From positions 31,038 through 95,037 of the IMG/VR virus record IMGVR_UViG_3300044991_001407: DNA of 64,000 nucleotides; one strand, given 5' to 3'. Below the pieces are notes generated by a model, which saw only the letters and a list, made by a program, of their open reading frames with translations, ran no database searches and had not been told where the DNA came from. Both the position numbers and the translations under genes were made by a program. Source of the stretch: a virus. Below are positions 1 to 9,923 of the stretch, piece by piece; position 1 is the first letter of the stretch; each line of letters opens with the position of its first letter.

Positions 1-31
1 TATTTACATCATAGACACTAATTGGCATAAA

Positions 32-568
32 TTACCTCAGGATATCCTTTGTAGGAGCTTTAATATTACCACCAGATGTAAAGCCCTGACCTGAAAAGGA
101 TCTTTTAATTTCAGCTTTGATAACCTTTGCAGCCGCTTCCTTTATCTTGTCTCTCTTAGATGCAATTGCTACCTGTCTAACTTCTTTATAAAATCTTGCA
201 TATCCCTGAGCAACAGAAGCTTGTCTAGTCTTCATGAGACCATCGCCAGCAGAGATCGTTCCCCCGCCCTTCCTGCCAGTCAACAAAATTGCTGATGCAA
301 TCTGGATGTTTCTACCATTCTTTCCAGTTTGTGATTTTGGATATGGTTTAATTTTTAATTTAATACCACCAGCACCAAATGGTATTAGTTCATATTGAAG
401 GTACTTAGCAGCCTTTGCGATTGGAGAAACAGCATCTTTTAACTTCATTTTAGCCATCATCATAGCTTCTGCTTGAGCGTACTGAATTCTGTTTGGCAAT
501 GTATCATAATAAATCTGTGCAGCAATCAATTGCGTCATTGAACGACTATCCACCTGAACATTAAGCAT
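32..568 (-). CDS. putative virion morphogenesis (neck/tail-completion) protein
   Basis: Basic 178-aa ORF directly after the head-closure-like gene; call rests on position only. Confidence 0.45.
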   Translation of the reverse strand: MLNVQVDSRSMTQLIAAQIYYDTLPNRIQYAQAEAMMMAKMKLKDAVSPIAKAAKYLQYELIPFGAGGIKLKIKPYPKSQTGKNGRNIQIASAILLTGRKGGGTISAGDGLMKTRQASVAQGYARFYKEVRQVAIASKRDKIKEAAAKVIKAEIKRSFSGQGFTSGGNIKAPTKDILR

Positions 569-935
569 TTTCTACCACCTTACGACATGTAAGAAGTATT
601 TGACGCACCTTCCCGTTAAGACCAGTTTGTTTATGTATATTTACAATCTCAACTGGTCCAGCCTCAATGATATTCCCAAATCTATCTATAACATTTTGAA
701 TTCTGTTATTGTAAATAGCATAAGCCTGATCTTTATGAGAAATATAAAATTCAATTTCATCAATGTTATCTATGTACGGATAAGTCCTTCTCTCTGACGA
801 CATTGATTGAAAGAAAGCCTTTATTGTTCCAGCCTTAGTGTATGTCATTGTTTTCTGACCAGCATCATTCACAGAAGTGGTGCGTGTATAAACATCAATG
901 CTATGCGGAAGTGGTAGAAATGTTCCTTGTGACAT
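561..935 (-). CDS. putative head-closure (head-tail joining) protein
   Basis: 124 aa, beta-rich, with a 'YTRTTSVNDAGQ' N-terminus typical of SPP1 gp16-like stoppers; follows the adaptor gene. Confidence 0.6.
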   Translation of the reverse strand: MSQGTFLPLPHSIDVYTRTTSVNDAGQKTMTYTKAGTIKAFFQSMSSERRTYPYIDNIDEIEFYISHKDQAYAIYNNRIQNVIDRFGNIIEAGPVEIVNIHKQTGLNGKVRQILLTCRKVVENA

Positions 936-937
936 GA

Positions 938-1870
938 TTATACAATATAGTCCATAACGAAAAGTGTATAATCCATCAACAGGACATCTGCATCAATATT
1001 GCCAGTTGACTCGTAGAACGAAGAATCTCTTCTCATTTCGTACTCAATAGTATCCATATCCACTCTTGCTATACCATGCCTTCTAAACTCAGAATCATCA
1101 TTCATCATGTCAACCAACAAAAGATCTGCTGCTTGCTCAATATTGTTCGGAACAAACTGCCATCCAAAATCACCCTCAATCCGATACACACTTTGAGGAT
1201 TAAACTTATTAACAATTAAAAGAACATTTACGCTATCAAGAACTGATTTCCTGAACTGAACATAATATGAGCTACCAAAACTATGAGGTTCTTTTATTTT
1301 TTCTATATGATTCATTGTTGCATCTGAGTAATCATGAAGAACTATCTCATCATTGGTTCCTGGATCGGCTGTGACCTTTCTCAGAGTAGTTATTGGATTT
1401 GGAAGATGGATTGATTTCTTTCCAGAACCCATAACCTCAAGTTGTTTATTTGGATAGTACTCAAAAGACTGTCCACAGAAAGTGTTGATAATATTTCGCA
1501 CCTTCTTTTCCATCTTCTCAAACTTGTCATACCAATCAGTTTCAAGCTCTGGGTGATCTTCAAAGAAGGTGTCAATGTCAATGTACGGCGTATAGACATT
1601 AAAGTATTGTGACTGTGTATATGATGTTGAACTTATCGTATATGTAAAATCAGCACGATATCTTCCCGCAGCATTTAGTATATAGATACCAGAAGCCGCT
1701 TGACCGTAAGTGATAGTGTAAACACCAGCACTTGATCTTGTTGCGTTTGTTGGACCAGAAACAAGTGAGCCAAACTCATGATACAAACTAACTGACACCA
1801 CATTAGATGTAGGGTCGCTTGGAAGCGTTAGAGTTAGCGTTTTACTTGTTTCAATCTTTACATCATCCAT
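938..1870 (-). CDS. head-tail adaptor protein with N-terminal Ig-like domain
   Basis: 'INTFCGQSF' and 'GDFGWQFVPNNIEQAADLL' resemble gp15/gp6-like adaptors; leaderless TGTTATAAT-N6-ATG promoter. Confidence 0.65.
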   Translation of the reverse strand: MDDVKIETSKTLTLTLPSDPTSNVVSVSLYHEFGSLVSGPTNATRSSAGVYTITYGQAASGIYILNAAGRYRADFTYTISSTSYTQSQYFNVYTPYIDIDTFFEDHPELETDWYDKFEKMEKKVRNIINTFCGQSFEYYPNKQLEVMGSGKKSIHLPNPITTLRKVTADPGTNDEIVLHDYSDATMNHIEKIKEPHSFGSSYYVQFRKSVLDSVNVLLIVNKFNPQSVYRIEGDFGWQFVPNNIEQAADLLLVDMMNDDSEFRRHGIARVDMDTIEYEMRRDSSFYESTGNIDADVLLMDYTLFVMDYIV

Positions 1871-1903
1871 AGTTCAATTATAACAGAATAAGGGTTTTAT
1901 ACC

Positions 1904-2110
1904 CTAGAATGTTGACATTGCTACATCAACAGCTAAATCAGAAATATCAACTTTAAACAGACCTTTTATGTCAAAAGAAATAATTGCATTACTTGAGTCT
2001 TTGAAAAATAAAATACCGTCAGCATAATTAATAGCTAATTCACCATATTCTAAAGATGTTGGGGCAGCATTGGCTGTACCAGAATTTTTAATTTTTATTA
2101 CATTAGCCAT
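1904..2110 (-). CDS. small virion protein, Mtd N-terminal-like domain only
   Basis: 'MANVIKIKNSGTANAAPTSLEYGELAINYADG' motif. Confidence 0.6.
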   Translation of the reverse strand: MANVIKIKNSGTANAAPTSLEYGELAINYADGILFFKDSSNAIISFDIKGLFKVDISDLAVDVAMSTF

Positions 2111-2123
2111 TAGCCCCTCTTAA

Positions 2124-3314
2124 TTAGAATGTACCACCATCAATTGTAGCAGTGTTAGCGGCAAGTGCTGCGAGCTGAGCGCTGTAGGCTTGAACATTTG
2201 AACCAATTGCAAGACCTAATGCAGTTCTTGCATCAGAAGCATTTGCAGAGCCAGTACCACCGTAAGCAATTGCTACAGCAGTTCCTTGCCATACACCAGT
2301 CCCGATAGTTCCTACGGTTGTAAGACTTGAGGTAACAACACTTGAAGCCAAAGTTGTATTTGAAAGTACTGCTGAGCCCCCGATGTAGAATGACTTACCA
2401 GTAAGAATATTGAAGTGCTCAGAAGATGTCCAAGCATCGGTAGCATCTACCCAGTTCAATGTCTTATCTGTTGCACCAAGAATTGTGATACCAGCGCCAT
2501 CGGCAGTTGTATCTGTTGGTGTTGCAACATTGGCAAGAACAATATTCTTATCCTCAACAACGAGTGTTGCTGTGTTAAGAGTTGTTGTATTACCATTAAC
2601 AATCAAATCTCCAGAAACTGTGAGGTTATTACTGATCGTAACATTAGCTGGAAGGCTAAGTGTTACTGCACCAACACCAGAGTTTGATACTGCAATTTCA
2701 TTAGCGGTTCCTGTCAAACCCGTTACAAGGTTTGTTGCTCTATCACTAACTTGTGAAGCAGTGATTGAAATTGATGTAGATGCAGCATTGGTCAAACGAC
2801 CCTGAGCATCAACTGTGAATGAGCCAACAGCAGATGCGTTACCATATGTAGCAGCTGTAACGGCGGTATTGTCAAGGTTAATGGTAATTGTATCGGTTGC
2901 CCCAGCAGTTGCTGTAAGACCTGTACCACCTGAAATTGTCAGGGTGTCACCAGATGTAATTGTCTGACTCGTACCACCATCGCCAGCAAGGGTGAATGTT
3001 GTTGTAGCATTAGATACGGCACTATCAACATAAAGCTTAGTAGCTGCGTGACCGTTTGCAGTTGGAGTTGCGACAATCGTTGCACCGCTAAATGTTTTGT
3101 TACCAGTGATTGTTTGCTCACTAGACAGGGTGATAAAAGCACCAAGACCAGCGATTGCTTCAACAGTGGTTGCAGATCCACCTGCACCACCAGTTCCTTT
3201 ACCGTAGTAAAGAATATTATCTACTTCGTTAAATGCTAATTCTGCATTTTCCAAACTTGCAGGTGCGCCAGCATTGCCAGTCGCCCTTCTTTTGATTCTC
3301 AGCGTATTCGCCAT
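2124..3314 (-). CDS. fibre protein with Mtd_N-like N-terminus
   Basis: 'MANTLRIKRR...LENAELAFNE'; T/A/G/S-rich fibre repeats; ends in DGGTF. Confidence 0.75.
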   Translation of the reverse strand: MANTLRIKRRATGNAGAPASLENAELAFNEVDNILYYGKGTGGAGGSATTVEAIAGLGAFITLSSEQTITGNKTFSGATIVATPTANGHAATKLYVDSAVSNATTTFTLAGDGGTSQTITSGDTLTISGGTGLTATAGATDTITINLDNTAVTAATYGNASAVGSFTVDAQGRLTNAASTSISITASQVSDRATNLVTGLTGTANEIAVSNSGVGAVTLSLPANVTISNNLTVSGDLIVNGNTTTLNTATLVVEDKNIVLANVATPTDTTADGAGITILGATDKTLNWVDATDAWTSSEHFNILTGKSFYIGGSAVLSNTTLASSVVTSSLTTVGTIGTGVWQGTAVAIAYGGTGSANASDARTALGLAIGSNVQAYSAQLAALAANTATIDGGTF

Positions 3315-3613
3315 TAGTAATTCCCTCCATCCATTAATAGATTTGCTGCACTATGAACATGATCTGCCCTAGCCGCTAAATTGCTTACTCCAACACTTGC
3401 AGCTCTAGTGACATCGGCTGGATCTGATGTAGCAAAAGAAAGTGATGCTAAATTAATTGTTCCAGAAGATTGAGTTAGGACTGTTGTATCATTCGTTTGT
3501 ACGGTTACTGCTGTAATCTCAGAAGCAACCGTAATATTTGAGACATCTGTAGATACAGACAGGGATGTTATGTCACCGCTAGATACCTGAACGGTTGTGA
3601 TGTCCCCAGCCAT
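3314..3613 (-). CDS. small structural/fibre protein
   Basis: S/T/V-rich; 'AARADHVH' fibre motif; ends in DGGNY; TAATG coupling. Confidence 0.6.
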   Translation of the reverse strand: MAGDITTVQVSSGDITSLSVSTDVSNITVASEITAVTVQTNDTTVLTQSSGTINLASLSFATSDPADVTRAASVGVSNLAARADHVHSAANLLMDGGNY

Positions 3614-3945
3614 TACCTACTTACCTCACCAGTTACTGTTACTGTTCCAGTAATCAGCGTGGTGACAACAGCGCCATTAGTTTCTTGAAAATCATAAACA
3701 TATGTCCCTGCAGCAATATTTGCTGTAGCCGCAGCAGTCAAAGACATAACAACAATGCCATTAGCACCGTTTGTAATTTCAGATGTAAATGTCGCTGCAG
3801 CCGTGTCAGAGTTTCTTTTCTTTCTAATCTGACCAGAGTAAGTTCTAGATGTAATAGTTACATTAGCATTAGCACTATTTCTAATGCGTAGCTCATGAGC
3901 ATAAGTATCGCCTTGATAAATAGTAATATTTCTAGTTGCAGCCAT
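3613..3945 (-). CDS. beta-sandwich virion protein (BppU/LtfC-like)
   Basis: 'NITIYQGDT...YVYDFQ...LITGTVTV' pattern; SD AGGAG. Confidence 0.6.
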   Translation of the reverse strand: MAATRNITIYQGDTYAHELRIRNSANANVTITSRTYSGQIRKKRNSDTAAATFTSEITNGANGIVVMSLTAAATANIAAGTYVYDFQETNGAVVTTLITGTVTVTGEVSR

Positions 3946-3977
3946 AATATCTCCTATAAGATATTATCAAAGATTGG

Positions 3978-4820
3978 TTATGCCAGCAACGCAGCCCAAG
4001 TGTTTTGATCAACATCTCCAGTAACAGCAAGACCTTTTGCTTTCTGGAAATCTTTAATTAGTCCTTGAGTTTTTGGTCCAAAATCACCATCTGGCTTACA
4101 AGCAAAACCATGCTTTGCTAGAAGTGTTTGAGCTTCTTTAACAGCAACACCTTTGTTATCTTTTGTAAGATTTGGTTTGGCAGCAGCAGCGACAATGTTT
4201 GGCTTAGGCGTTGCTGCCTTTGCTTCAGCAGCAGCCTTTTGCTCAGCTACTGTCCCAAATGGACCGCCTTCTTTTGGATTACGAGCAACATAATCTTTTA
4301 CTGCTTGAGGAACTGCATCACCACATACATAACGGATATGCCAAGGCTCTGAAGGAACTACTTCCCAACTCCACCCGAACTTTTCAACATTAGCAATCAA
4401 CCAATTAATTCTTTTCTTATCACTTGCATTGGCAATATCAACTGCCAAGCCGAGGTTATGCTGTGACTTACCAGGTGTGGCAAGCATAGCCATACCTTTC
4501 TTCAAGTACCAAGTCTTACCTTCAAAAGTTTTTGTTGATCCAGTTCCTGTATTCTCAAGAGTGTAGCGAGTAAGAAATCCTGCCTTTTGGCTCTCATAAC
4601 TGCGATATAGATCGCCGCTGCTCGTGGGCTTAAGCTCAACACCATCAGCTTTTGCAGCCTCAACCATTGCAAGCCATGCATCAGCCGCAAGGTAAAACAA
4701 TTTTCCACCGCCTGGAATATCCCTAAGCAAGCTTGCATGCAACTTACCTGGCTCAACACCTTTAAGCGCAACAGGCATCTTTACTTCAACAATATAATCC
4801 CATTCTGTTCTCTTAGCCAT
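3978..4820 (-). CDS. endolysin: M15 (VanY-like) peptidase plus C-terminal PG-binding domain
   Basis: 'YRSYESQ', 'PGKSQHNLGLAVD', 'EPWH' M15 Zn-site motifs; 'DGDFGPKT...FQKAKGL...G.V...TW' PG_binding_1. Confidence 0.9.
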   Translation of the reverse strand: MAKRTEWDYIVEVKMPVALKGVEPGKLHASLLRDIPGGGKLFYLAADAWLAMVEAAKADGVELKPTSSGDLYRSYESQKAGFLTRYTLENTGTGSTKTFEGKTWYLKKGMAMLATPGKSQHNLGLAVDIANASDKKRINWLIANVEKFGWSWEVVPSEPWHIRYVCGDAVPQAVKDYVARNPKEGGPFGTVAEQKAAAEAKAATPKPNIVAAAAKPNLTKDNKGVAVKEAQTLLAKHGFACKPDGDFGPKTQGLIKDFQKAKGLAVTGDVDQNTWAALLA

Positions 4821-5068
4821 TACTTAATCTCCTCTTTTCTCTTTTCAGTTTTTGAAAAGACACGATCAATTTCGTCTAGACTAAGTTTACCATCATCCAG
4901 GAATGCTCTTGACAACCCTTCAATAACAGTTGCTACGCCTGCGATGCCCGCCATGAAAATTGCTTTCCATAGCGGGACACCAGCAATCGTGCCAGCACCG
5001 ACAACACCCAAGCCAGAAGCAGCAAATGTTGCAATAATTCTAAGGAGGATGTTTTGTATCTGTGCCAT
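4820..5068 (-). CDS. putative holin
   Basis: Two hydrophobic helices, charged C-terminus, coupled to the endolysin. Confidence 0.65.
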   Translation of the reverse strand: MAQIQNILLRIIATFAASGLGVVGAGTIAGVPLWKAIFMAGIAGVATVIEGLSRAFLDDGKLSLDEIDRVFSKTEKRKEEIK

Positions 5069-5080
5069 TTTAAATTAACC

Positions 5081-5278
5081 TTACTTCTTTCTTCCGAAAG
5101 CTGCATCGTTTGGATTCAACCAACGAAGAATTACTGGCGCAATAGCCGCAACTCCTGCAGTAGCAATCGCTTTTGGATCATGATTGCCTGTCATATAGAC
5201 AGCCAAAGCAGCTCCAAAGAACGATCTCGCCCAAGACGAAAGCATTTTTTTATTAGCATCATTCAATAAAGTAGACAA
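5081..5278 (-). CDS. putative holin-like membrane protein
   Basis: 'SWARSFFGAALAVY...PVILRWLNPND.AFG'; two TM segments. Confidence 0.6.
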   Translation of the reverse strand: MSTLLNDANKKMLSSWARSFFGAALAVYMTGNHDPKAIATAGVAAIAPVILRWLNPNDAAFGRKK

Positions 5279-5329
5279 AAACCACCTCCTTACCCCAACG
5301 GGTCAATACTAATTATATCTCAGAGTTAT

Positions 5330-8300
5330 TTATTCGTCATTCTTTAGAATTTCATGAACATAATGCACAAGAATAGCAATTAAAGTTGATACTCCAGCTA
5401 TTTTTTGGGTTGTGCCAGACAATGTAACATAAACAACAAGGCTTCCAGCAAGAGTAAAGATAATTCCAGCTGTTATGTCCCACATTTTTTTACTAAACCC
5501 AAATAGATTAAATTTCTTCATTTCTTTACCCTCCCTTATATAATACCTGTAAATACTATTTTTTGTAAACTCTTCTCCGTCATCTTCTTCTGGACCAGCT
5601 ATTTCACCTGCCATCTCTCCTGACTCTTCTTCCTTTCTAGAACGACCTTCGGTTCCCCCAGAACTTCCAGAACCACCAGATCCTCCCGAACCACCGCCAG
5701 ATGAACCACCAGTGCTTCCTCCAGTAGATGCAGAGCCAACAGCTATTGCAGCTACTGCGGCTGTTGCAGCCAAGATTGATTTACGGGTTCCAACATCAAT
5801 TGATGAACCTGTCGGGGTGTAGTCATCAAACCCATCTCCATAGATGTCAACTTCCTCTTCAAACGATTCCTTAATTTCAGCAGGAGCGTCAGTAAGTGCT
5901 GTTGCTAATTCTGTTTTCTGCTCTTCGGTAAACTGATCTGGCTCAATTGCAGCGAACACTGCTGCAACTTGCTCAAGAGGAAGTTCTTCAAAGTTTCCAT
6001 TCTCAATAACTGCAATTGCAGAATCTGGATCAATTGTCTCTTCACTGATTGCATCAATCACATTTGCTAATGCGTCAACTGATTCAATATTTTCAATAAC
6101 ACCCAAAACCTCTTCTGCCGAAAGGCTGTCTAGGATTTCTGTCAACTGCTCCACAGATACTTCTTCAAAAACCTGGTCTAGTTGCTCAACAGAAAGTGTG
6201 TCAATTAAATATATGACATCTTCCACAGAAGCGTTCATAATCTCGTCAATGACCTGACCAACCTGCTCTTCTGTTAATATCTCCTCAGTTATAACAACTT
6301 CAAACTCTGGGATAAAAGTATCCACAATTTCAGGTTCTATAATTTCGGTCTCTATAATTTCAAAGTCTGGCAGACTGGTGTCCACTTCAACTTCTTCTAA
6401 AATTGAGTCTATGGGTTCAAACTCAGGTACCGTAATTGCTGGTTCCTCAATTACCGTTTCAATCTCAGGAAGGGGCTCAGAGGGCTCTGGGAGCTCCACT
6501 GTTGTATTTATAGGTGGATACTCAATGACAGGGGGCTCTGGTATATTTATAAAAACTGTAGTCGTTGTGGTCGTAGTAGTAGTTGTGGTAGTTACCACGG
6601 TATTGCCATCTTCAACAAAATTAAGACCAGCGTAAATTACACCATTTTCTTCAAATGTATTATTGCGAGAAGTTGACCAAGAGTTTGCATCAACACCATT
6701 GTTGAGCGATTGTCCATTGTTAAATCTATTTGCAAATTCAATTGCATATGCATTACCCGTAAATGTATTTCCCTCTATCAGTTGATTATCAACACCAGGT
6801 GTCCACGATGTAGGTATCCATGATGCAAGACGAATACCAACGCCATTATCTGTAAATGTAGAACTATAAACCTGTTGACGGTTAAGACCTTGTAGTTGAG
6901 CTGCGGCTGCTGTATTGCCAGAGAATACTGAGTTTTCAATTCTTACAAAGCGCTCAGTTGCAAGACCATATGAGTTGTTTAAGAATTGAGAATTATTAAT
7001 ATAAATTCTATTTTGATAGTCAGTGTCTGTAAGACTCTTTGCTGCTGGGGTGCTTCCATAGTCAGAACGAATGCCAGCGTAGTTGTTTATAAATATACAT
7101 CCATAAAAAGTTGTTACAGTTTGATTTTGCTGATACCATGCGTAGTTCTGAGTGTTAGAGAATTTAACATTTGTAATTGTAAATGTTCCTTGATTTGTCC
7201 ATACAAGTCCACCTGCAGCATTTTTACCATTCTTCAGTGTCATATCATTGATAAGAACATTTCTTTGACCATTATTGTAAATAGCACGATATAGACCGCT
7301 TCCGTCAACAATAGTCTCGTTCATCCCCAAGCCAGTAATTGTCAAACCCGCAGTGATTGCTGGAAGATCCGCAGTGAGTGTTACCGTTCCTGCAATATCA
7401 AAAGTAATTGAATCGTATATCCCACCAGAGTTTGCATTTGCCTGATTAATAGCCCAACGCAATGTCCCCGAAGAACCATCGTCTAAAAGACTTGTGACTT
7501 CTAAAGAATTTGCTGGAGGAAGGGTTGTTGTAGTAGTCGGTGGAGTTGTAGTAGTGGTCGTTGTAGTAGTGGTGGTTGTAGTAGTTTCTTCCACAGTAGT
7601 TGTTGGAGCAACTGTTGGTGCTGTTTCATTATTTGGAGCAACCCCGCCAAATGTTGTGCAGGATCCTGCTTGGGTGCAACTTTGAGTTGTACCTACTTCA
7701 TCATCAACCATCAGGACTGGAGAGAGAGCTGTGTCATCAAGATTGAATGCAGTGAAGCCCATCTTGTAAGTTCCGTCAACAGAAACCTCGTATGTTGAAG
7801 TTTGCCAGCCAGTTGAGCCATATGAGTTAGTTGAGTAATCACCAGTTCCTGGATTTGTAAACCCAAGAAGTGCATATGATTGTACAAAATTGTTTACAGT
7901 TATAACTGGAGTTGATGCAACGGTGACAGGGACAAGTGAGGTGATTGAGCCATCATTAAATGGAACATAATCAGTTGCCATATAATTCCAAGACATCGTG
8001 TAAACTACCCCCGCAGTTAATTCAACTTCACGAGTAATCCATGCCGCATCGGTTGGATTGCCATTGCCAAACCCAGCAGCAGAAGCCTGCCCTGCGAGCA
8101 TGCTTCTAATATCAGATGTTTGAGTTGTGGTAAGACCAAGAGCGGCGGTTGCTTGATTAAATGTTTGTTCATTTCTTGGCTGCAGAGCAACAGCATATGT
8201 TCCACCCTTTGGAGAGAATGTCCAGTTGCCTGCTGCAACCGCAGGAGCGTAATATGGGTTTGGTGCACCATTAACTGTTGGGCTTCCCATTGCTCCATTT

Positions 8301-8554
8301 GCACCATGACTAAACAACCTAGAACCGTTGAATATGGTTACTCCAGTTCCACCTCCGTTAATTGATGCCCCAAGGGTTCCTGTTTGTGATCCTCTTGACC
8401 AACCAGTAAAGGTATTATCTTCAAACCCCGCATTCGGAATAGAAACAGAAGTTGCATCTGCGTATGACGATGGAATAAAAATTGATACGAGAGATATAAC
8501 CAGTGCAGGGACTATTACCCAGGAGCCTTTGCTGAAAGATATCTTTCTCATCAC
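5330..8554 (-). CDS. large exported, membrane-anchored protein (beta-sandwich, right-handed beta-helix, Thr linkers, acidic helical region, C-terminal TMs)
   Basis: Signal-peptide-like N-terminus; 'DDGSSGTLRWAINQAN' followed by F..N repeats; poly-Thr tracts; two C-terminal hydrophobic helices. Confidence 0.7.
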   Translation of the reverse strand: MMRKISFSKGSWVIVPALVISLVSIFIPSSYADATSVSIPNAGFEDNTFTGWSRGSQTGTLGASINGGGTGVTIFNGSRLFSHGANGAMGSPTVNGAPNPYYAPAVAAGNWTFSPKGGTYAVALQPRNEQTFNQATAALGLTTTQTSDIRSMLAGQASAAGFGNGNPTDAAWITREVELTAGVVYTMSWNYMATDYVPFNDGSITSLVPVTVASTPVITVNNFVQSYALLGFTNPGTGDYSTNSYGSTGWQTSTYEVSVDGTYKMGFTAFNLDDTALSPVLMVDDEVGTTQSCTQAGSCTTFGGVAPNNETAPTVAPTTTVEETTTTTTTTTTTTTTPPTTTTTLPPANSLEVTSLLDDGSSGTLRWAINQANANSGGIYDSITFDIAGTVTLTADLPAITAGLTITGLGMNETIVDGSGLYRAIYNNGQRNVLINDMTLKNGKNAAGGLVWTNQGTFTITNVKFSNTQNYAWYQQNQTVTTFYGCIFINNYAGIRSDYGSTPAAKSLTDTDYQNRIYINNSQFLNNSYGLATERFVRIENSVFSGNTAAAAQLQGLNRQQVYSSTFTDNGVGIRLASWIPTSWTPGVDNQLIEGNTFTGNAYAIEFANRFNNGQSLNNGVDANSWSTSRNNTFEENGVIYAGLNFVEDGNTVVTTTTTTTTTTTTVFINIPEPPVIEYPPINTTVELPEPSEPLPEIETVIEEPAITVPEFEPIDSILEEVEVDTSLPDFEIIETEIIEPEIVDTFIPEFEVVITEEILTEEQVGQVIDEIMNASVEDVIYLIDTLSVEQLDQVFEEVSVEQLTEILDSLSAEEVLGVIENIESVDALANVIDAISEETIDPDSAIAVIENGNFEELPLEQVAAVFAAIEPDQFTEEQKTELATALTDAPAEIKESFEEEVDIYGDGFDDYTPTGSSIDVGTRKSILAATAAVAAIAVGSASTGGSTGGSSGGGSGGSGGSGSSGGTEGRSRKEEESGEMAGEIAGPEEDDGEEFTKNSIYRYYIREGKEMKKFNLFGFSKKMWDITAGIIFTLAGSLVVYVTLSGTTQKIAGVSTLIAILVHYVHEILKNDE

Positions 8555-8811
8555 TCCTCTGATGAACTGTCTTTATTCCTTCCCGTAGAGATCATTAGAC
8601 CAGCTAATGTTCCTGTAATAAATGTTGCGACAGAGGAAAGAACGCCGAAGAACATTTTGTCGTTTTCGGCTTGAGCGCCAATTGGCTGTGTTACGAATAC
8701 AAGAGCGTAGAGGATAAAAACAGTAGTGACAAGTAGAACTGTTCCGAGCATACAGCCAATAACGAATTTCAAACGAGCGTCTAGTTCTTCTGGAGTTAGT
8801 CTTTTTTTCAT
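8551..8811 (-). CDS. two-TM membrane protein
   Basis: Start moved to MKKRLTPEEL (ATGA overlap with the upstream gene); two TM helices. Confidence 0.7.
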   Translation of the reverse strand: MKKRLTPEELDARLKFVIGCMLGTVLLVTTVFILYALVFVTQPIGAQAENDKMFFGVLSSVATFITGTLAGLMISTGRNKDSSSEE

Positions 8812-9026
8812 GGTACGGTTGTCTCCTCTACGAGGATGCTTGTCTCCGAAGCTGGATCGTATCCGAGCAAGCTTTCTGTGCAAGCCCCATCTACCTTGCA
8901 TATTGGTGGATTGCATTCTTCCTTCTCCCAATTTTCTGGGTCTTGACATGGGTAGCGATAACCACCGTCATATCCGCAAGAAAGCAAGCCTATTGAAAGG
9001 CATAACACAGAAAATAATCTTTTCAC
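8808..9026 (-). CDS. putative lipoprotein
   Basis: Lipobox-like 'LLSC'; Cys-rich 'RYPCQDPENW...CNPPIC...C'; leaderless TATAAT-N6-GTG. Confidence 0.7.
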   Translation of the reverse strand: MKRLFSVLCLSIGLLSCGYDGGYRYPCQDPENWEKEECNPPICKVDGACTESLLGYDPASETSILVEETTVP

Positions 9027-9063
9027 CTAAACATTATAACTTAATCTTAATTATTAAGATAAA

Positions 9064-9588
9064 TTATATAGATATAAGTAATGCTGCTGTGTATAAATCC
9101 TGAACTTTACCAAAGAGGGTTGAGTTTTTTATCTCGTCATAATAAATATTTTTATTAGTTGGTCTTGGGAAATTATCTGGATGGTTTGTTTTCATATCCA
9201 GATTTATATCATTAATATCTAATTGAAATATCTTATCTAAACCAAATTTATTTGATATATTATCCATGCATATCTGTGGACTATTTACTAATGAATCAAA
9301 ACTTATGCAGATAGATGTCTCAGTATTTTCAATAGAAGCCTGTAAGAATCTGCAGTACCAATCTATCAACCCCTCTGTGGTAGAGGGTATCTCCTCGGAC
9401 ATTTTCATCCATGATGAAATACATTCCAGTGGATCTCTAATGATAGTTACTACAGAATCTCCATCCCTGAGAGGCTGTATTCTATGCTGAGTATAATCAA
9501 CATTGTCTATGCCAAAAGAATTTCTACAACAAACATAAAGATATGTTGTTCCGCATCTGGGGAAGCCAACAATTTTTAATCTTGCCAT
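9064..9588 (-). CDS. sulfotransferase-family protein
   Basis: 5'-PSB-like 'GFPRCGTTY' and 3'-PB-like 'IRDPLECISS'; start moved to MARLK. Confidence 0.7.
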   Translation of the reverse strand: MARLKIVGFPRCGTTYLYVCCRNSFGIDNVDYTQHRIQPLRDGDSVVTIIRDPLECISSWMKMSEEIPSTTEGLIDWYCRFLQASIENTETSICISFDSLVNSPQICMDNISNKFGLDKIFQLDINDINLDMKTNHPDNFPRPTNKNIYYDEIKNSTLFGKVQDLYTAALLISI

Positions 9589-9923
9589 TCTCCGACTTCT
9601 TCGTTCCAAACCCAATGCCCTTCAGAGCCAGGTTTTGCTACAGGAGGTTGCCAATCATAATTAGAATCTAACGACCATGAATCATATGGTTTTGGTGTAA
9701 TAAAAACATCAGCTTCTTGATTGTATGTATAACCTACTCCCGCATATTGTTTTCTAAAATTATTATTATATGAAGTCTGAATCCATGTCCCGCCCAACAA
9801 GTTGTGACAAAATTCAGCACCTTTTGCTTCATTTTCAACACCGTCAATTAATAGTTCACTGTTGTTAACAACAACTCCTTGAACAACAATATTGTTTTCA
9901 TCAATTCTTACAAAATGTGCCAT
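9576..9923 (-). CDS. small protein accompanying a Gly-rich fibre (MAHF family)
   Basis: 'MAHFVRIDENN...WIQTSYN..FRKQYAGVGYTY'; paralog of 12524 and 15489. Confidence 0.75.
   Translation of the reverse strand: MAHFVRIDENNIVVQGVVVNNSELLIDGVENEAKGAEFCHNLLGGTWIQTSYNNNFRKQYAGVGYTYNQEADVFITPKPYDSWSLDSNYDWQPPVAKPGSEGHWVWNEEVGEWQD

Noticed and set aside
1888-1905. ATAAGGGTTTTAT match to the motif upstream of 38914 and 43229
   Set aside because: Here it is part of a small AGGGT/ACCCT hairpin in a different context; probably coincidental
1904-3314. Diversity-generating retroelement suggested by the Mtd_N-like domains
   Set aside because: No reverse transcriptase, and no TR/VR pair differing at adenines, is visible in the window
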